From NCBI GenBank assembly GCA_964585475.1, contig CAZPDF010000001.1, positions 1,441 to 65,440 on the forward strand: a DNA stretch of 64,000 nt, written 5' to 3'. The position numbers and the translations under genes were made by a program. Under the pieces are notes generated by a model, which was not told the origin of the DNA, searched no databases, and saw only the letters and a list, made by a program, of their open reading frames with translations. Numbering within the stretch: the stretch's first letter is position 1; every line of letters starts with the position of its first letter. Shown here in pieces: positions 1 through 8,378 of the stretch. The DNA is from an uncultured Candidatus Saccharibacteria bacterium. Its GTDB lineage: Bacteria > Patescibacteriota > Minisyncoccia > Sungbacterales > HO2-52-23.

Positions 1-1225
1 CCGGAGGCAACATGTCTTCCATTGCCCTTTTCACCTCATTCATTATTTCGTAAATAATTTCACCGCGGATGATGCGGATATTTGAGTTTTCTGCCAATTC
101 CCGCACCGCGGGATTCACTTTCACGTTGAATCCGACAATGGTGACAAGGTTGGTTGCTTGAGCAAGTTTAACGTCGGACTCGTTTATGTCGCCCGCCTCG
201 CTCCGCAAAATCCTGACCCTGATTATTTCCGAGTCGAGTTTCTTCAGGGAGTCCTCCAGCGCTTCTTTTGATCCGGCGACGTCCGATTTTAGAATTATAT
301 TGAATACGGGTTTGTTGACATCGCTCGTCGGCGAGCCCGCCTTTTCCTTGGCGGTATCTTCCGGCAATGAAGCTATAAAATCTTCTGCGGCTTCTTTGGA
401 GTGGAACGTTTTAAACGTGTCGCCGGCGCCCGGGGCCCCAGAGAGGCCAGCAACGAGTATCGGGGATGAAGGTCCGGCTTCATCAATGCCGCGACCGAGA
501 AAATCCTCCAAAATTCGTATGGTTTCAACCGATTTTCCAATCGCCACAATATCGCCTTTTTTCAACGTTCCGTCCAAGATGAGCAACGTCGCACTAATGC
601 CTCGTTTCGGATCAATGTTGGTTTCGACAACCGTTCCCTCGGCCGGTTTCAAGGGGTCTGCCTTGAGTGCTTCAAGGTCCGCCAGGAGCAGAAGTATTTC
701 AAGGAGCGCATCCATATTTTTGCCGCCCTTGGCGCTCACCTCTGCTGCAGGAACCTTGCCTCCATATCCTTCAACCAGAACCCCCGTTTCGGCTAACTGA
801 GATCGCACCCGCTCGGAATTGGCCTCCGATTTATCGATTTTATTTATAGCGACCGCAAAAGGCAGATCGTTTTTCAGGATGATGTCAATCGCCTCTTTGG
901 TTTGCGGCTTTACGCCTTCATCCGCGGCCACCACCAGTACGGCGATATCCGCGGCTTTGGCGCCCCTAGAACGGAGGCGCGAAAATGCTTCGTGGCCCGG
1001 AGTATCAATAAACGTGATTCTTTTCCCTTGGTGCGTCACTTCGTAGGCGCCGATGTGCTGGGTGATTCCGCCGGATTCCTCCTCCACCACTTTGGTTTTC
1101 CTGTACCAATCTAGAAGCTTGGTTTTGCCATGATCAATGTGGCCCATCACAACCACAATGGGGGGCCTTACTTGGACATGTTCTTTTTGGGATCTCGTTG
1201 TCTTACTTTTTATTGTCATAGCCAT
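1..1225 (-). CDS. infB: translation initiation factor IF-2, N-terminal ~408 aa; the C-terminus lies beyond the window edge
   Basis: Reverse-strand translation from the ATG at 1223-1225 gives MAMTIKSK...VVVMGHIDHGKTKLLD...DTPGHEAF...NKIDK, the GTPase G1/G3/G4 motifs of IF-2. The frame stays open to position 1. It is missing from the ORF track because it is truncated by the window edge. Confidence 0.9.
   Translation of the reverse strand, partial: MAMTIKSKTTRSQKEHVQVRPPIVVVMGHIDHGKTKLLDWYRKTKVVEEESGGITQHIGAYEVTHQGKRITFIDTPGHEAFSRLRSRGAKAADIAVLVVAADEGVKPQTKEAIDIILKNDLPFAVAINKIDKSEANSERVRSQLAETGVLVEGYGGKVPAAEVSAKGGKNMDALLEILLLLADLEALKADPLKPAEGTVVETNIDPKRGISATLLILDGTLKKGDIVAIGKSVETIRILEDFLGRGIDEAGPSSPILVAGLSGAPGAGDTFKTFHSKEAAEDFIASLPEDTAKEKAGSPTSDVNKPVFNIILKSDVAGSKEALEDSLKKLDSEIIRVRILRSEAGDINESDVKLAQATNLVTIVGFNVKVNPAVRELAENSNIRIIRGEIIYEIMNEVKRAMEDMLPP
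186..800 (+). other. spurious ORF antisense to infB
   Basis: Low-complexity S/A/P-rich translation that lies fully inside the infB coding region on the opposite strand. Confidence 0.1.
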
Positions 1226-1226
1226 C

Positions 1227-1293
1227 CGCCGATAAGTCGCTGATAGTTACGCTGATTAAACGCCGATCAAGAATGATCAGCGACTTATCGGCG
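1227..1293 (-). promoter_or_regulatory. 18-bp perfect-stem hairpin ending 2 nt before the infB start codon
   Basis: CGCCGATAAGTCGCTGAT (1227-1244) pairs with ATCAGCGACTTATCGGCG (1276-1293), enclosing a 31-nt loop. It covers the expected ribosome-binding region of infB. Confidence 0.4.
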
Positions 1294-1310
1294 TAGTAAT
1301 CAGCGTCGTA

Positions 1311-1775
1311 TCAGCGGTTAATGGTTTCTTCCAGCACCTTCTTTTCTTCCTCCGATAGAGGATGTTTTGATTTTCCCGCCTCAATTTTTTTGGCGTATAT
1401 TCTTATCCCATCGCGCATATAGAGTGAGGAAATTACGACGCCATTGTCTTCATGATCAAGTAGCGCGAGGATAAAACTTTGATCGCTTCCGGTGTCCTGA
1501 AATGGGTTGAACCTTAAAAATCCTATTTTCTGAACGCTGATTTTGGAAATTTCTTCAACCGATTTAAGACGCGGTTCAAATTCCTCAAATTTCGCCTCTA
1601 GCCGAGCGAGGCGCCTTATCAGGTCTTTTTGAAAATCCGGCGGGGTTTCTTTATCTCCTCCCAGAATCGCGGTGACCTTCTTTTTTAGATCAAATACTTG
1701 CCAAGCCGTTATCGCAAAGCTGGCAATGAGTAGGCCTAGCAAAATAAAAAATTGGTATTGATTAATCCAGTTCAT
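1311..1775 (-). CDS. DUF4446-family membrane protein (N-terminal TM; RFNPF and DxGxDQSF motifs)
   Basis: ORF with the MNWINQYQFFILLGLLIASF TM helix and FLRFNPFQDTGSDQSFILALL. The start at 1775 is preferred over 1886 because the longer form overlaps the GNAT gene. Confidence 0.55.
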   Translation of the reverse strand: MNWINQYQFFILLGLLIASFAITAWQVFDLKKKVTAILGGDKETPPDFQKDLIRRLARLEAKFEEFEPRLKSVEEISKISVQKIGFLRFNPFQDTGSDQSFILALLDHEDNGVVISSLYMRDGIRIYAKKIEAGKSKHPLSEEEKKVLEETINR

Positions 1776-1815
1776 GGTGGTCGCAATTAATTTTTGCTTG
1801 AGAATATTCCGATAT

Positions 1816-2241
1816 TCATGTCTTTTTCCTGTCCTTTTCCATTTCAGCAGTTTCAACCGCATAGACTGCCTTATGCAGTCTTCCATTTTCTAAGTCGGTG
1901 GGAAGGTTATAGCCGTAACAACTTGAGCCTGGTATTACTGGTTTCCACCCCGCCTTTTCGTATATGGAGTAGGCAGGATCATTTTCGGCAATTGAATTGA
2001 ATAGGAGACCCGCCTTTTTCCGTAAATCAAGAAAGTGATTAAGTTCGTTGAGAATATCTTTCCCAAATCCTTGGTTTCTCGCGTGTGGTAAAACAAACAC
2101 CAGTTTTATGTAATAAAACGGGAATGGGCTGTTTCTATATTCTAAATTTGCGAAGCCGACCATATCGCCTTCTGTCTGTAGTTCAATACGATGTATTTTC
2201 CCCTCTGTCGCGGGAGGTTTAAGGTGTTCAAATTCTTTCAT
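1816..2241 (-). CDS. GNAT-family N-acetyltransferase
   Basis: 141 aa with acetyl-CoA-binding-like RNQGFGKDIL and a typical GNAT length. Confidence 0.75.
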   Translation of the reverse strand: MKEFEHLKPPATEGKIHRIELQTEGDMVGFANLEYRNSPFPFYYIKLVFVLPHARNQGFGKDILNELNHFLDLRKKAGLLFNSIAENDPAYSIYEKAGWKPVIPGSSCYGYNLPTDLENGRLHKAVYAVETAEMEKDRKKT

Positions 2242-2406
2242 AATTTTTTAGCCAATTAGGCCTCTCGACAAAAAGTTATTTACCGGCGAGGGGAGGATTC
2301 GAACCTCCGGTACCATTGTTGGTACACCTGTTTTTTCCCGATTTGTCCAAAATTTCGATTCAATTTGAAGAAGAAATTTTGGCAACAAATCGCAATCCCG
2401 TTCAAA

Positions 2407-2723
2407 ACGGAGGCGAGAGGATTTGAACCTCTGAGGGGATTTCGGTTGCCTTCTCGGCAAACCCCAGGGCCGACTTTTGTAAAACGTTCGCAAGGCGCAC
2501 TTAAATAAAGTAGTCGGCCCGCGAAACGATCGGTAATCGTTTCGCCCAGCCGGTTTCTTGCCCCGCACTAAAATTTGGATTTTCGGAAGCGGGAGGATTC
2601 GAACCTCCGATACGGTTTCCCGTATAACGGTTTTCGAGACCGTCCCATTCAACCACTCTGGCACGCTTCCAAATTTTTAGTGCGGGGTCGAGACCGGCGC
2701 TTTAGACCACTCAGCCACGCCTC
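2407..2723 (-). pseudogene. interrupted tRNA-Ser(CGA)-like gene (5' exon-like 2687-2723; 3' part 2407-2555) hosting the intact tRNA-Ser
   Basis: The 5' part GGAGGCG TG GCT GAGTGGTCTAA AGC G CCGGT CTCGA is canonical through position 36. The 3' part AAACCGG ... CAGAGG TTCAAAT CCTCT CGCCTCC G has a perfect 7-bp acceptor pairing. An extra ~90 nt, possibly a second insert, sits between the anticodon stem and the variable/T arm. Confidence 0.5.
2584..2669 (-). tRNA. tRNA-Ser(CGA), type II with long variable arm; no encoded CCA
   Basis: GGAAGCG TG CCA GAGTGGTTGAA TGG G ACGGT CTCGAAA ACCGT TATACGGGAAACCGTATC GGAGG TTCGAAT CCTCC CGCTTCC G. It is flanked by the inverted repeats 2560-2577 and 2668-2686. 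Confidence 0.85.
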
Positions 2724-2934
2724 CGTTTTGTCCGGGACGAGACCGTCCCATTGTTTTGCCTTCGTCGGCAAAACCCAGGGAAATTTTTTACGTTCGCACG
2801 GCTCCGCCGGCTCGCTAAATTTCCCGCGAAAGTCTATAGCTTTCGCCCACTCTGGCATCCCGCCAAATTTTTAGTGCGGGGTCGAGACCGGCGCTTTCAA
2901 TCGGACTCAGCCACCCCACCCCAAGGCGCTAGCT

Positions 2935-2963
2935 CAAAATAGCATTTTTTTCTTGAAAATTCA
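2935..2963 (-). promoter_or_regulatory. candidate sigma70-like promoter for the minus-strand tRNA-Ser array (TTGAAT-17-TATTTT)
   Basis: Reverse complement of 2935-2963 reads TTGAATTTTCAAGAAAAAAATGCTATTTT, placed immediately upstream of the first tRNA-like 5' half. Confidence 0.4.
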
Positions 2964-3032
2964 ACCGGCCGCCCTGCCGAAGGCACGGCTACGGCCGCCT
3001 TGGGGCGACCTGCCTCTAACGGGGTCAATGTA

Positions 3033-3058
3033 AAACCCCGTGCTGTGAGGACGGGGTC
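3033..3058 (-). terminator. rho-independent terminator after the 3066-3938 gene
   Basis: Minus strand: CCCCGTCCTCACAGCACGGGG followed by TTTTACATTG. Confidence 0.7.
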
Positions 3059-3065
3059 GTAAGTA

Positions 3066-3938
3066 TTACTTGAATTCCCAGATAATGCCGGCGCCGATTT
3101 CCATCTCTCGCTTGTTCCCATGGTTCTCGTTAAGTTTGCCGCTCGGGTCAAGGTTTAGCAGGAAACTGTAGTTTCCGCTCAAGCGTAGCGCCAAGCCGTT
3201 AAGGCCTTTGGGAAAGTGGAGGTGCTTACCGAGGTAATATGTAGCGGCAGGAGAGATGCCTATTCGCCGCATCTCAAGGGACCGGTCAAGGTATGCGGAA
3301 GGAGCCAGCGCAAGTTCGATATACTCGGTCGGCCGATAGTAACTGCGGAGCCCCACTTCCATGGTCATGGGGTTTTTATGCTCGGTGGTGGTTATATTGG
3401 TTGCCGGCATGTCGGAGATGATATGGTAGCGGCCGCATCCGTCAATGAGAAAATCTGGGCTGCCAAGAAGTTTCGCACAGGCGCCGATCCAGTGGGTTTT
3501 CGCCCCCCAATCCGGGTTTTTCTCGCCGATATTGTGCATTCTGCGGGTTCCGAGCTCCAGCCGCACCATTTTGAGGAATGCGGGAGTATAGCCGAGTTCT
3601 CCGCCCCAATCAATGCGGTCCGGTGCGTCTGTGCCGGTCAGGAGAGCGAGATCAATGTATGCCTCGAATTTACCCCACTGCGGATCCTCAAAGAAGCGAT
3701 ACTGCGTCTGCATTCCAAGTTTACGGGTCGGGCTCTTTTGGGCATCTCTAACTTTGGTATCAAGCTGTAGCATCCGGTTGTTAAAGACGGACCACTCGTG
3801 GGAAAGTTCGAAACGAAGCGCAGGATCCTGATCCCACCTAATCCCAGAGTATGGCTCGTATGCCGAGGTGTTCGAAAAGGCCAGCAACACGGCCAAAACA
3901 GCGAAAATCGAGGCAAAACGAAGGTAATTCTTGCTCAC
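3066..3938 (-). CDS. secreted hypothetical protein (signal peptide; C-terminal IIWEFK)
   Basis: 290 aa with N-terminal MSKNYLRFASIFAVLAVLLAFS and an aromatic-rich C-terminus. No recognisable catalytic motif. Confidence 0.55.
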   Translation of the reverse strand: MSKNYLRFASIFAVLAVLLAFSNTSAYEPYSGIRWDQDPALRFELSHEWSVFNNRMLQLDTKVRDAQKSPTRKLGMQTQYRFFEDPQWGKFEAYIDLALLTGTDAPDRIDWGGELGYTPAFLKMVRLELGTRRMHNIGEKNPDWGAKTHWIGACAKLLGSPDFLIDGCGRYHIISDMPATNITTTEHKNPMTMEVGLRSYYRPTEYIELALAPSAYLDRSLEMRRIGISPAATYYLGKHLHFPKGLNGLALRLSGNYSFLLNLDPSGKLNENHGNKREMEIGAGIIWEFK

Positions 3939-4164
3939 TGCTTAACCTCGTCTGTAGTGATCTAGCCCATTCGTTGCATATAGGGGGACTTAAGTCAAGT
4001 TTTCTAAAACATTCTGTTTTCCACAGTTTTGGGAAACCCCGCCCCTACTCTACTGCGGAATTCTTACCCTTACTACAAGGATACTGCAGCTTGACCCTTG
4101 TCTTTAATAATTCAACTACGAGGTAGAGTAGGGGGAGCGGGGTAAACAAAATGGACCAGTATTT

Positions 4165-5064
4165 CTACTTGGTCCGAGACGAATTGATGGTGATTGCCCG
4201 TATCCATTTTGAATCCCGGGTCACATATTCATAGCCGCGTTCTTCAAGAAGTTTCTGCATATAGAGAGTGTGGTACCAGCCGTATTTAAGACATGCGGTC
4301 ACGGGCTTAGAACTTTGAAGGGGGTTTTGAAGGAGATTATCAAGCACTTTTAACGCCTCTTCATCGCGTTCCCGGGTTACGAAGTCGCGTACGGGCTTAC
4401 GAAGATCCCGGTATTCGATAAATGCGGTTCTCATCCATTTCTCAAATTCGGGTTTGGTTGCATTCCCCGCTTCCACTTTTGAGAAAAATTCGTGGGAGAG
4501 GGCGGCAAATTCAATGCGCGAAAGTACCGGAGAGGCAGAGGCGATTTCTTGCAAAGATTTCCAGAAATTGCGCCAGCCATTTTTCTCTTGCCGCATATAC
4601 CAAACCGCATCTCCGGAAACCCAGTTTGGCTGTTGATAATCAAAAGCAGTTCGTTCGTCCCACCAGCCAAAGATGGAGCGGAAAGTGGGATGTGAAATCA
4701 GATCGGCGATGGCGAAAAATCTGTCAAAATCCTCCCCGAAAAGTTTGGGTTTCTGAATAAGCTCGCGATACCAATAGAGCTCCGGGCTTTCGGGCGCAAG
4801 TTTCTCCGCAAGCGGCCCCTCGTAAATTACGTAGTCGCACTGGCGAAGTATTTCGCGAAGATGGAGATAGTAAGCGGGATCGGCCTGATGAATGGTTCCG
4901 ACAAGTATGATTGTCCGCTTGTCGCGCGGATGCCAGAAGTAATTGACCTTGGTTGAGATGGCCTGAGGTTCAATGAGCAGTCCTTTCGGTACCGGCTTGG
5001 ATTCCCAGGGCGGTTCTTGGCAGGCAAAGAAGAGTGTTGCAACACAGACAATGGTTTTTAACAT
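4165..5064 (-). CDS. TraB/GumN-family protein, probable lipoprotein
   Basis: 299 aa. N-terminus LFFAC has a lipobox-like Cys. LVGTIH resembles the TraB/GumN GTxH motif. Confidence 0.5.
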   Translation of the reverse strand: MLKTIVCVATLFFACQEPPWESKPVPKGLLIEPQAISTKVNYFWHPRDKRTIILVGTIHQADPAYYLHLREILRQCDYVIYEGPLAEKLAPESPELYWYRELIQKPKLFGEDFDRFFAIADLISHPTFRSIFGWWDERTAFDYQQPNWVSGDAVWYMRQEKNGWRNFWKSLQEIASASPVLSRIEFAALSHEFFSKVEAGNATKPEFEKWMRTAFIEYRDLRKPVRDFVTRERDEEALKVLDNLLQNPLQSSKPVTACLKYGWYHTLYMQKLLEERGYEYVTRDSKWIRAITINSSRTK

Positions 5065-5236
5065 TTTATCCGTCCTCTACGGCTGTAAGCGAGCTGTTTA
5101 GAAAATAGCACTTTCCATAAAATTTGTCAAACCAGTTAGAAAAACGGCGGAGATGTATGAAGAATTAAATTATTTGCGGCGTCAGCGGAATTTAACAGCA
5201 ATTTGGATTCAGCAGTTTTTCTCTAACGGGGTCAAC

Positions 5237-5258
5237 AAAAAAATCCGCCGAGGGCGGA
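5237..5258 (-). terminator. rho-independent terminator
   Basis: Minus strand: TCCGCCCTCGGCGGA followed by TTTTTTTG. A second hairpin, CCCGGCCGAAGCCGGG (5314-5329), lies directly after the hydrolase gene. Confidence 0.65.
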
Positions 5259-5336
5259 CTTGGAAATAGGGAATGGCGTAAGTAACCGATTTGGGTGTGC
5301 AGTAATAATAAATCCCGGCTTCGGCCGGGAGAAAAG

Positions 5337-6365
5337 TTAATTAAGGATTTTCCGGAAAAATTCCATCATTTTCCTGGGCGTATAACTAAGGTTGAGAACC
5401 GTCGTCGAAATAAAAGACGTCTTGTGTCCGTGTAGGAAAGTAATTCGCTCCGGTTCTCCCGCGGCATGCCAAAATGCTTCTCTGCCAGAATAAGGAATAT
5501 ATTCATCGAATTTGGCATCCACATAGAGTACGCGCGAAGAATCTAGATTCGCCGCATAGCGCACGGGTTCGATATCCCAAAAAAGCGGCTTGAGAATTCT
5601 TTGCAGTTCTTCGGCGGTTTTGCCGGAATGGCGTATAACGGTATCTCGGATCTTTTTAATGCGGGGTTCTTGCGCATAAGCAAACATCTCATCCAGATTC
5701 CCTCCGCCCATAAAAATTGCGCCAGCGGCAATCCGTTCATCAACGCCCATGGCAACACCGGCAACTAACGCGCTCGTACTCAAACCGACCAGCCCAACAC
5801 GCTGTATATCAATCTCCTGCTCACTTTCCGCCCAATCCGTGAGGCGACGGATGCCGATAACTGCGCGCTGGAATCTTGCCTTTGAATCTCGAAGGGCCGC
5901 AAGCATTTCCTCTTCCGTCGATACGGCCACAAGCGCATCAAGATCAAGGGGGTCGTCGCCTGCATGCTCCTGAAGATAGAGAACGTTAAAATCCGCATAC
6001 GGATTCCAGAGCGCAAAGTGTGAAGCAACAAAAACCGCGGGAAGCTCGTGCTTTCCATAGAGAGGAAGTATAATAATCAGCCTCTTTTTTCCGGTGGCCC
6101 TGCTCCGGTAGTACGTCGCCTCAATACGATTTTCTGGCGTAGAAAGCTCTAAGTAAAAGGTTTGATATAGATCGTTTCCTTCTGAAGGAAGTTCGTCCAG
6201 AAAGACGGTGCTTTTCTCCGGCTTATATGCGAAAAAGGAAGAATTATCTGGGTGATGCCGGGGATTGGGTACGGCGCCGCGATAGGGCAAAACCATCGTT
6301 GTACAGGCGCTCGCAAAAGATGCTATAGCCAACAATCCGAAGATACGATGCATTACGGAGAGCAT
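5337..6365 (-). CDS. alpha/beta-hydrolase-fold lipoprotein (S9/dienelactone-hydrolase-like)
   Basis: 342 aa. Signal peptide with FASAC lipobox. Nucleophile-elbow-like VGLVGLSTSALVAG. Confidence 0.55.
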   Translation of the reverse strand: MLSVMHRIFGLLAIASFASACTTMVLPYRGAVPNPRHHPDNSSFFAYKPEKSTVFLDELPSEGNDLYQTFYLELSTPENRIEATYYRSRATGKKRLIIILPLYGKHELPAVFVASHFALWNPYADFNVLYLQEHAGDDPLDLDALVAVSTEEEMLAALRDSKARFQRAVIGIRRLTDWAESEQEIDIQRVGLVGLSTSALVAGVAMGVDERIAAGAIFMGGGNLDEMFAYAQEPRIKKIRDTVIRHSGKTAEELQRILKPLFWDIEPVRYAANLDSSRVLYVDAKFDEYIPYSGREAFWHAAGEPERITFLHGHKTSFISTTVLNLSYTPRKMMEFFRKILN

Positions 6366-6573
6366 GAGAAGTATTGTCCTTTTTTGCAGGTGCTATCCTT
6401 AATTATATTCACTCTTATTTTTTCTTCAAGAGTTGATCCTCAAGGTAGTTAGGACGAGAGTAGCGAGAATGGTGATATTTTTCAAGAGCGATCTTTCAAA
6501 TGCACCGCCTTGAAAACTTGCCTGTTTCAGCTACCTTAGATGAAAGGAAAGGCCGCCTATTTCGTCTTAAATT

Positions 6574-7095
6574 ATGAACACCGGAGAACAGAATAGTTTT
6601 CTTAAGGCATACGAAGATTTTTCAGACGCAATCTTCCGGTATTGCTATTTTCGGCTTTATCACCGGGAACTTGCGAAGGATCTCGCGCAGGAGACATTTA
6701 TAAAGACTTGGGAATACATTGCCAAGGGAGGGAAAGTGCAGAATATACGCGCGTTTTTATACCGCGTGGCGCGAAACCTCATTATCGATGAGTCAAGGAA
6801 AAAGCGGATGTTCTCTTTGGATTTATTGCGAGAAAAAGGGTTTGATCCGGCTGTATCCATGGAGGAGGAGATACAGTCCCACGCAGGCGTAAGGGATGTA
6901 ATGAAGTTTCTTTCGGATCTTGAGCCGAAATACCGCGAAGTAATTATCTTGCGCTTCGTTGAGGACATGTCACCCAAAGAAATTGCGGAGGCGATTGGTG
7001 AATCGGAAAATAATATATCGGTACGACTCCACCGCGCAATTAAAAAAGTGCGGGAGCTAATAGAGAAGGAATCTCGCCATCATGAATCCCGTTAG
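6574..7095 (+). CDS. RNA polymerase sigma-70 factor, ECF subfamily
   Basis: 173 aa with sigma2 (ETFIKTWEY) and sigma4 HTH (PKEIAEAIGESENNISVRLHRA) regions. Confidence 0.85.
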   Translation: MNTGEQNSFLKAYEDFSDAIFRYCYFRLYHRELAKDLAQETFIKTWEYIAKGGKVQNIRAFLYRVARNLIIDESRKKRMFSLDLLREKGFDPAVSMEEEIQSHAGVRDVMKFLSDLEPKYREVIILRFVEDMSPKEIAEAIGESENNISVRLHRAIKKVRELIEKESRHHESR

Positions 7096-7202
7096 AAGCC
7101 GCGATCGCATATCAAAAATAACAAATATCTCTATGTGCAACATTTTAGGTATAAATAATCCATGTAGATCGGATCACCTGATCGCGATCTGCTTCTAACG
7201 GG

Positions 7203-8348
7203 ATGAAGCCTAATTTCGAAGAACTTATACGACTGGCAAAATCCGCCGGTCTTACGCGTGAGGAAAAGGACTCGATGAGGCGGGCGATCTTAGCATTTAT
7301 TGAATCCAGTCCTGTAAGAGTTTCGGTTTGGTCCCGTCTTCATTTTTATATTGCGGTCGAAGCGGAAAGAATAGGAGTTCTTTTCGCAAGGCCGGCGGTG
7401 AAAGCCGTGCCAATAGCTATAATTATTGTATTAATTCTGGGGGGCGGCGTTTCATACGCCGCAGAAGGGGCGCTTCCGGGAGACATACTTTATCCCGTGA
7501 AGGTTTCGATAAATGAAGAAGTTCGCGCTCGTTTTGCAATTTCTCCCGAATCCCGCGCGGCATGGGAGGCGAAAATTGCAGAAAGGCGGCTTGAAGAGGC
7601 AGAGGATCTCGTTTCCGAGGGGCGCATGAGCAGGGAGACCGCAGCGAAAATTGCGGAAAAATTTGACGCGCATGCCGAGCGGGTAAACGAACGTATTTTG
7701 GCGCTGGGCGCAGCCGATAAGGTTGAGGTGGCCGCCGATTTGAGCTCGAACTTCGAAACATCCCTTAAGGCGCACGACCGGATCCTTTGGCGTATCGCCG
7801 AGGGGCAGGAAGAAGCTAGTTCCTCGGTTAGGGAGATCCGCGAGAAGGTAAGGGCCAACGCCCGGAAGTTTATGAAAATCCGTTCTGAAAATGAGGAGAA
7901 AGTTTCCGCGTCTCTGGAAGTAAAAGCGCGAGCCGCGGCCACTGCCAAGCTGAATTCTGCGGAAGAGAAAATAAGCGAAACGAGGAAATATGCGTCTAGG
8001 ATCAAGGCACTATTGGGTGAGGTGTCTCTTGCCAGTATAGAAATGCGGCTTGAGGTTGCAACCAGGGTTCTCGCGGACGGTAAGGCGCGGTTTGAAGCAG
8101 GGGCGTACGGCGAGGCGTTTTCACTCGCCCAGAAAGCAGAGCGCATTGCTAAAGAAGCAAAACTTCTTGCGGCGGCGCGAAATGAGTTTAGAATAAATGT
8201 AGATTTTGATGAGCGCGCCGCGGCTGAGGGACTTCATAGGGATTCTGCCGCGGCATCCGATACTGAAGATAATTCTGGGGCCCACGACGATAATGATTCC
8301 GAGGATGAAAATATCCGCGATGGCGTAAAAAAGAAGGAGCAGAGATAA
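7203..8348 (+). CDS. DUF5667-domain membrane protein (anti-sigma-factor-like partner of the ECF sigma)
   Basis: 381 aa with a single TM (VPIAIIIVLILGGGV) followed by LPGDILYPVKV and a long coiled-coil ectodomain. It sits immediately downstream of the ECF sigma gene. Confidence 0.6.
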   Translation: MKPNFEELIRLAKSAGLTREEKDSMRRAILAFIESSPVRVSVWSRLHFYIAVEAERIGVLFARPAVKAVPIAIIIVLILGGGVSYAAEGALPGDILYPVKVSINEEVRARFAISPESRAAWEAKIAERRLEEAEDLVSEGRMSRETAAKIAEKFDAHAERVNERILALGAADKVEVAADLSSNFETSLKAHDRILWRIAEGQEEASSSVREIREKVRANARKFMKIRSENEEKVSASLEVKARAAATAKLNSAEEKISETRKYASRIKALLGEVSLASIEMRLEVATRVLADGKARFEAGAYGEAFSLAQKAERIAKEAKLLAAARNEFRINVDFDERAAAEGLHRDSAAASDTEDNSGAHDDNDSEDENIRDGVKKKEQR

Positions 8349-8378
8349 GATAAAGGTCGAGTTTAAGTTAACTGCGTA

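Larger units (their letters stand above)
2283..2935 (-). repeat. nested tRNA-Ser locus: one intact tRNA-Ser(CGA) plus at least two 5' halves and two 3' halves of Ser-type tRNA-like genes, interleaved with 19-nt inverted repeats (CCCCGCACTAAAAATTTGG)
   Basis: Reverse-strand reading gives GGGGTGG..GCTGAGTCCGATTGAAAGCGCCGGTCTCGA + IR, then GGCGGGATGCCAGAGTGG..., then GGAGGCGTGGCTGAGTGGTCTAAAGCGCCGGTCTCGA + IR + the intact tRNA + IR' + CAAG + AAACCGG...CAGAGGTTCAAATCCTCTCGCCTCCG, and finally ...GGTACCGGAGGTTCGAATCCTCCCCTCGCCG. The ORFs 2248-2664(-), 2575-2874(+) and 2649-2858(-) in this span are artefacts. Confidence 0.6.

Noticed and set aside
2407-2723. Group I self-splicing intron as an explanation for the inserts in the tRNA-Ser and tRNA-Glu-like genes
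   Set aside because: The inserts are only ~130-150 nt, consist of a simple inverted repeat plus a complete tRNA, and lack anything resembling the P3-P7 core or a guanosine-binding site. The insertion position is after nucleotide 36 or 37, not the typical group I position.
2248-2874. ORFs 2248-2664(-), 2575-2874(+), 2649-2858(-), 2751-2942(+) and 2897-3151(-) in the tRNA-Ser region
   Set aside because: They are built entirely from tRNA and tRNA-like sequence and inverted repeats. Their translations are Arg/Pro/Ser-rich and unlike real proteins.
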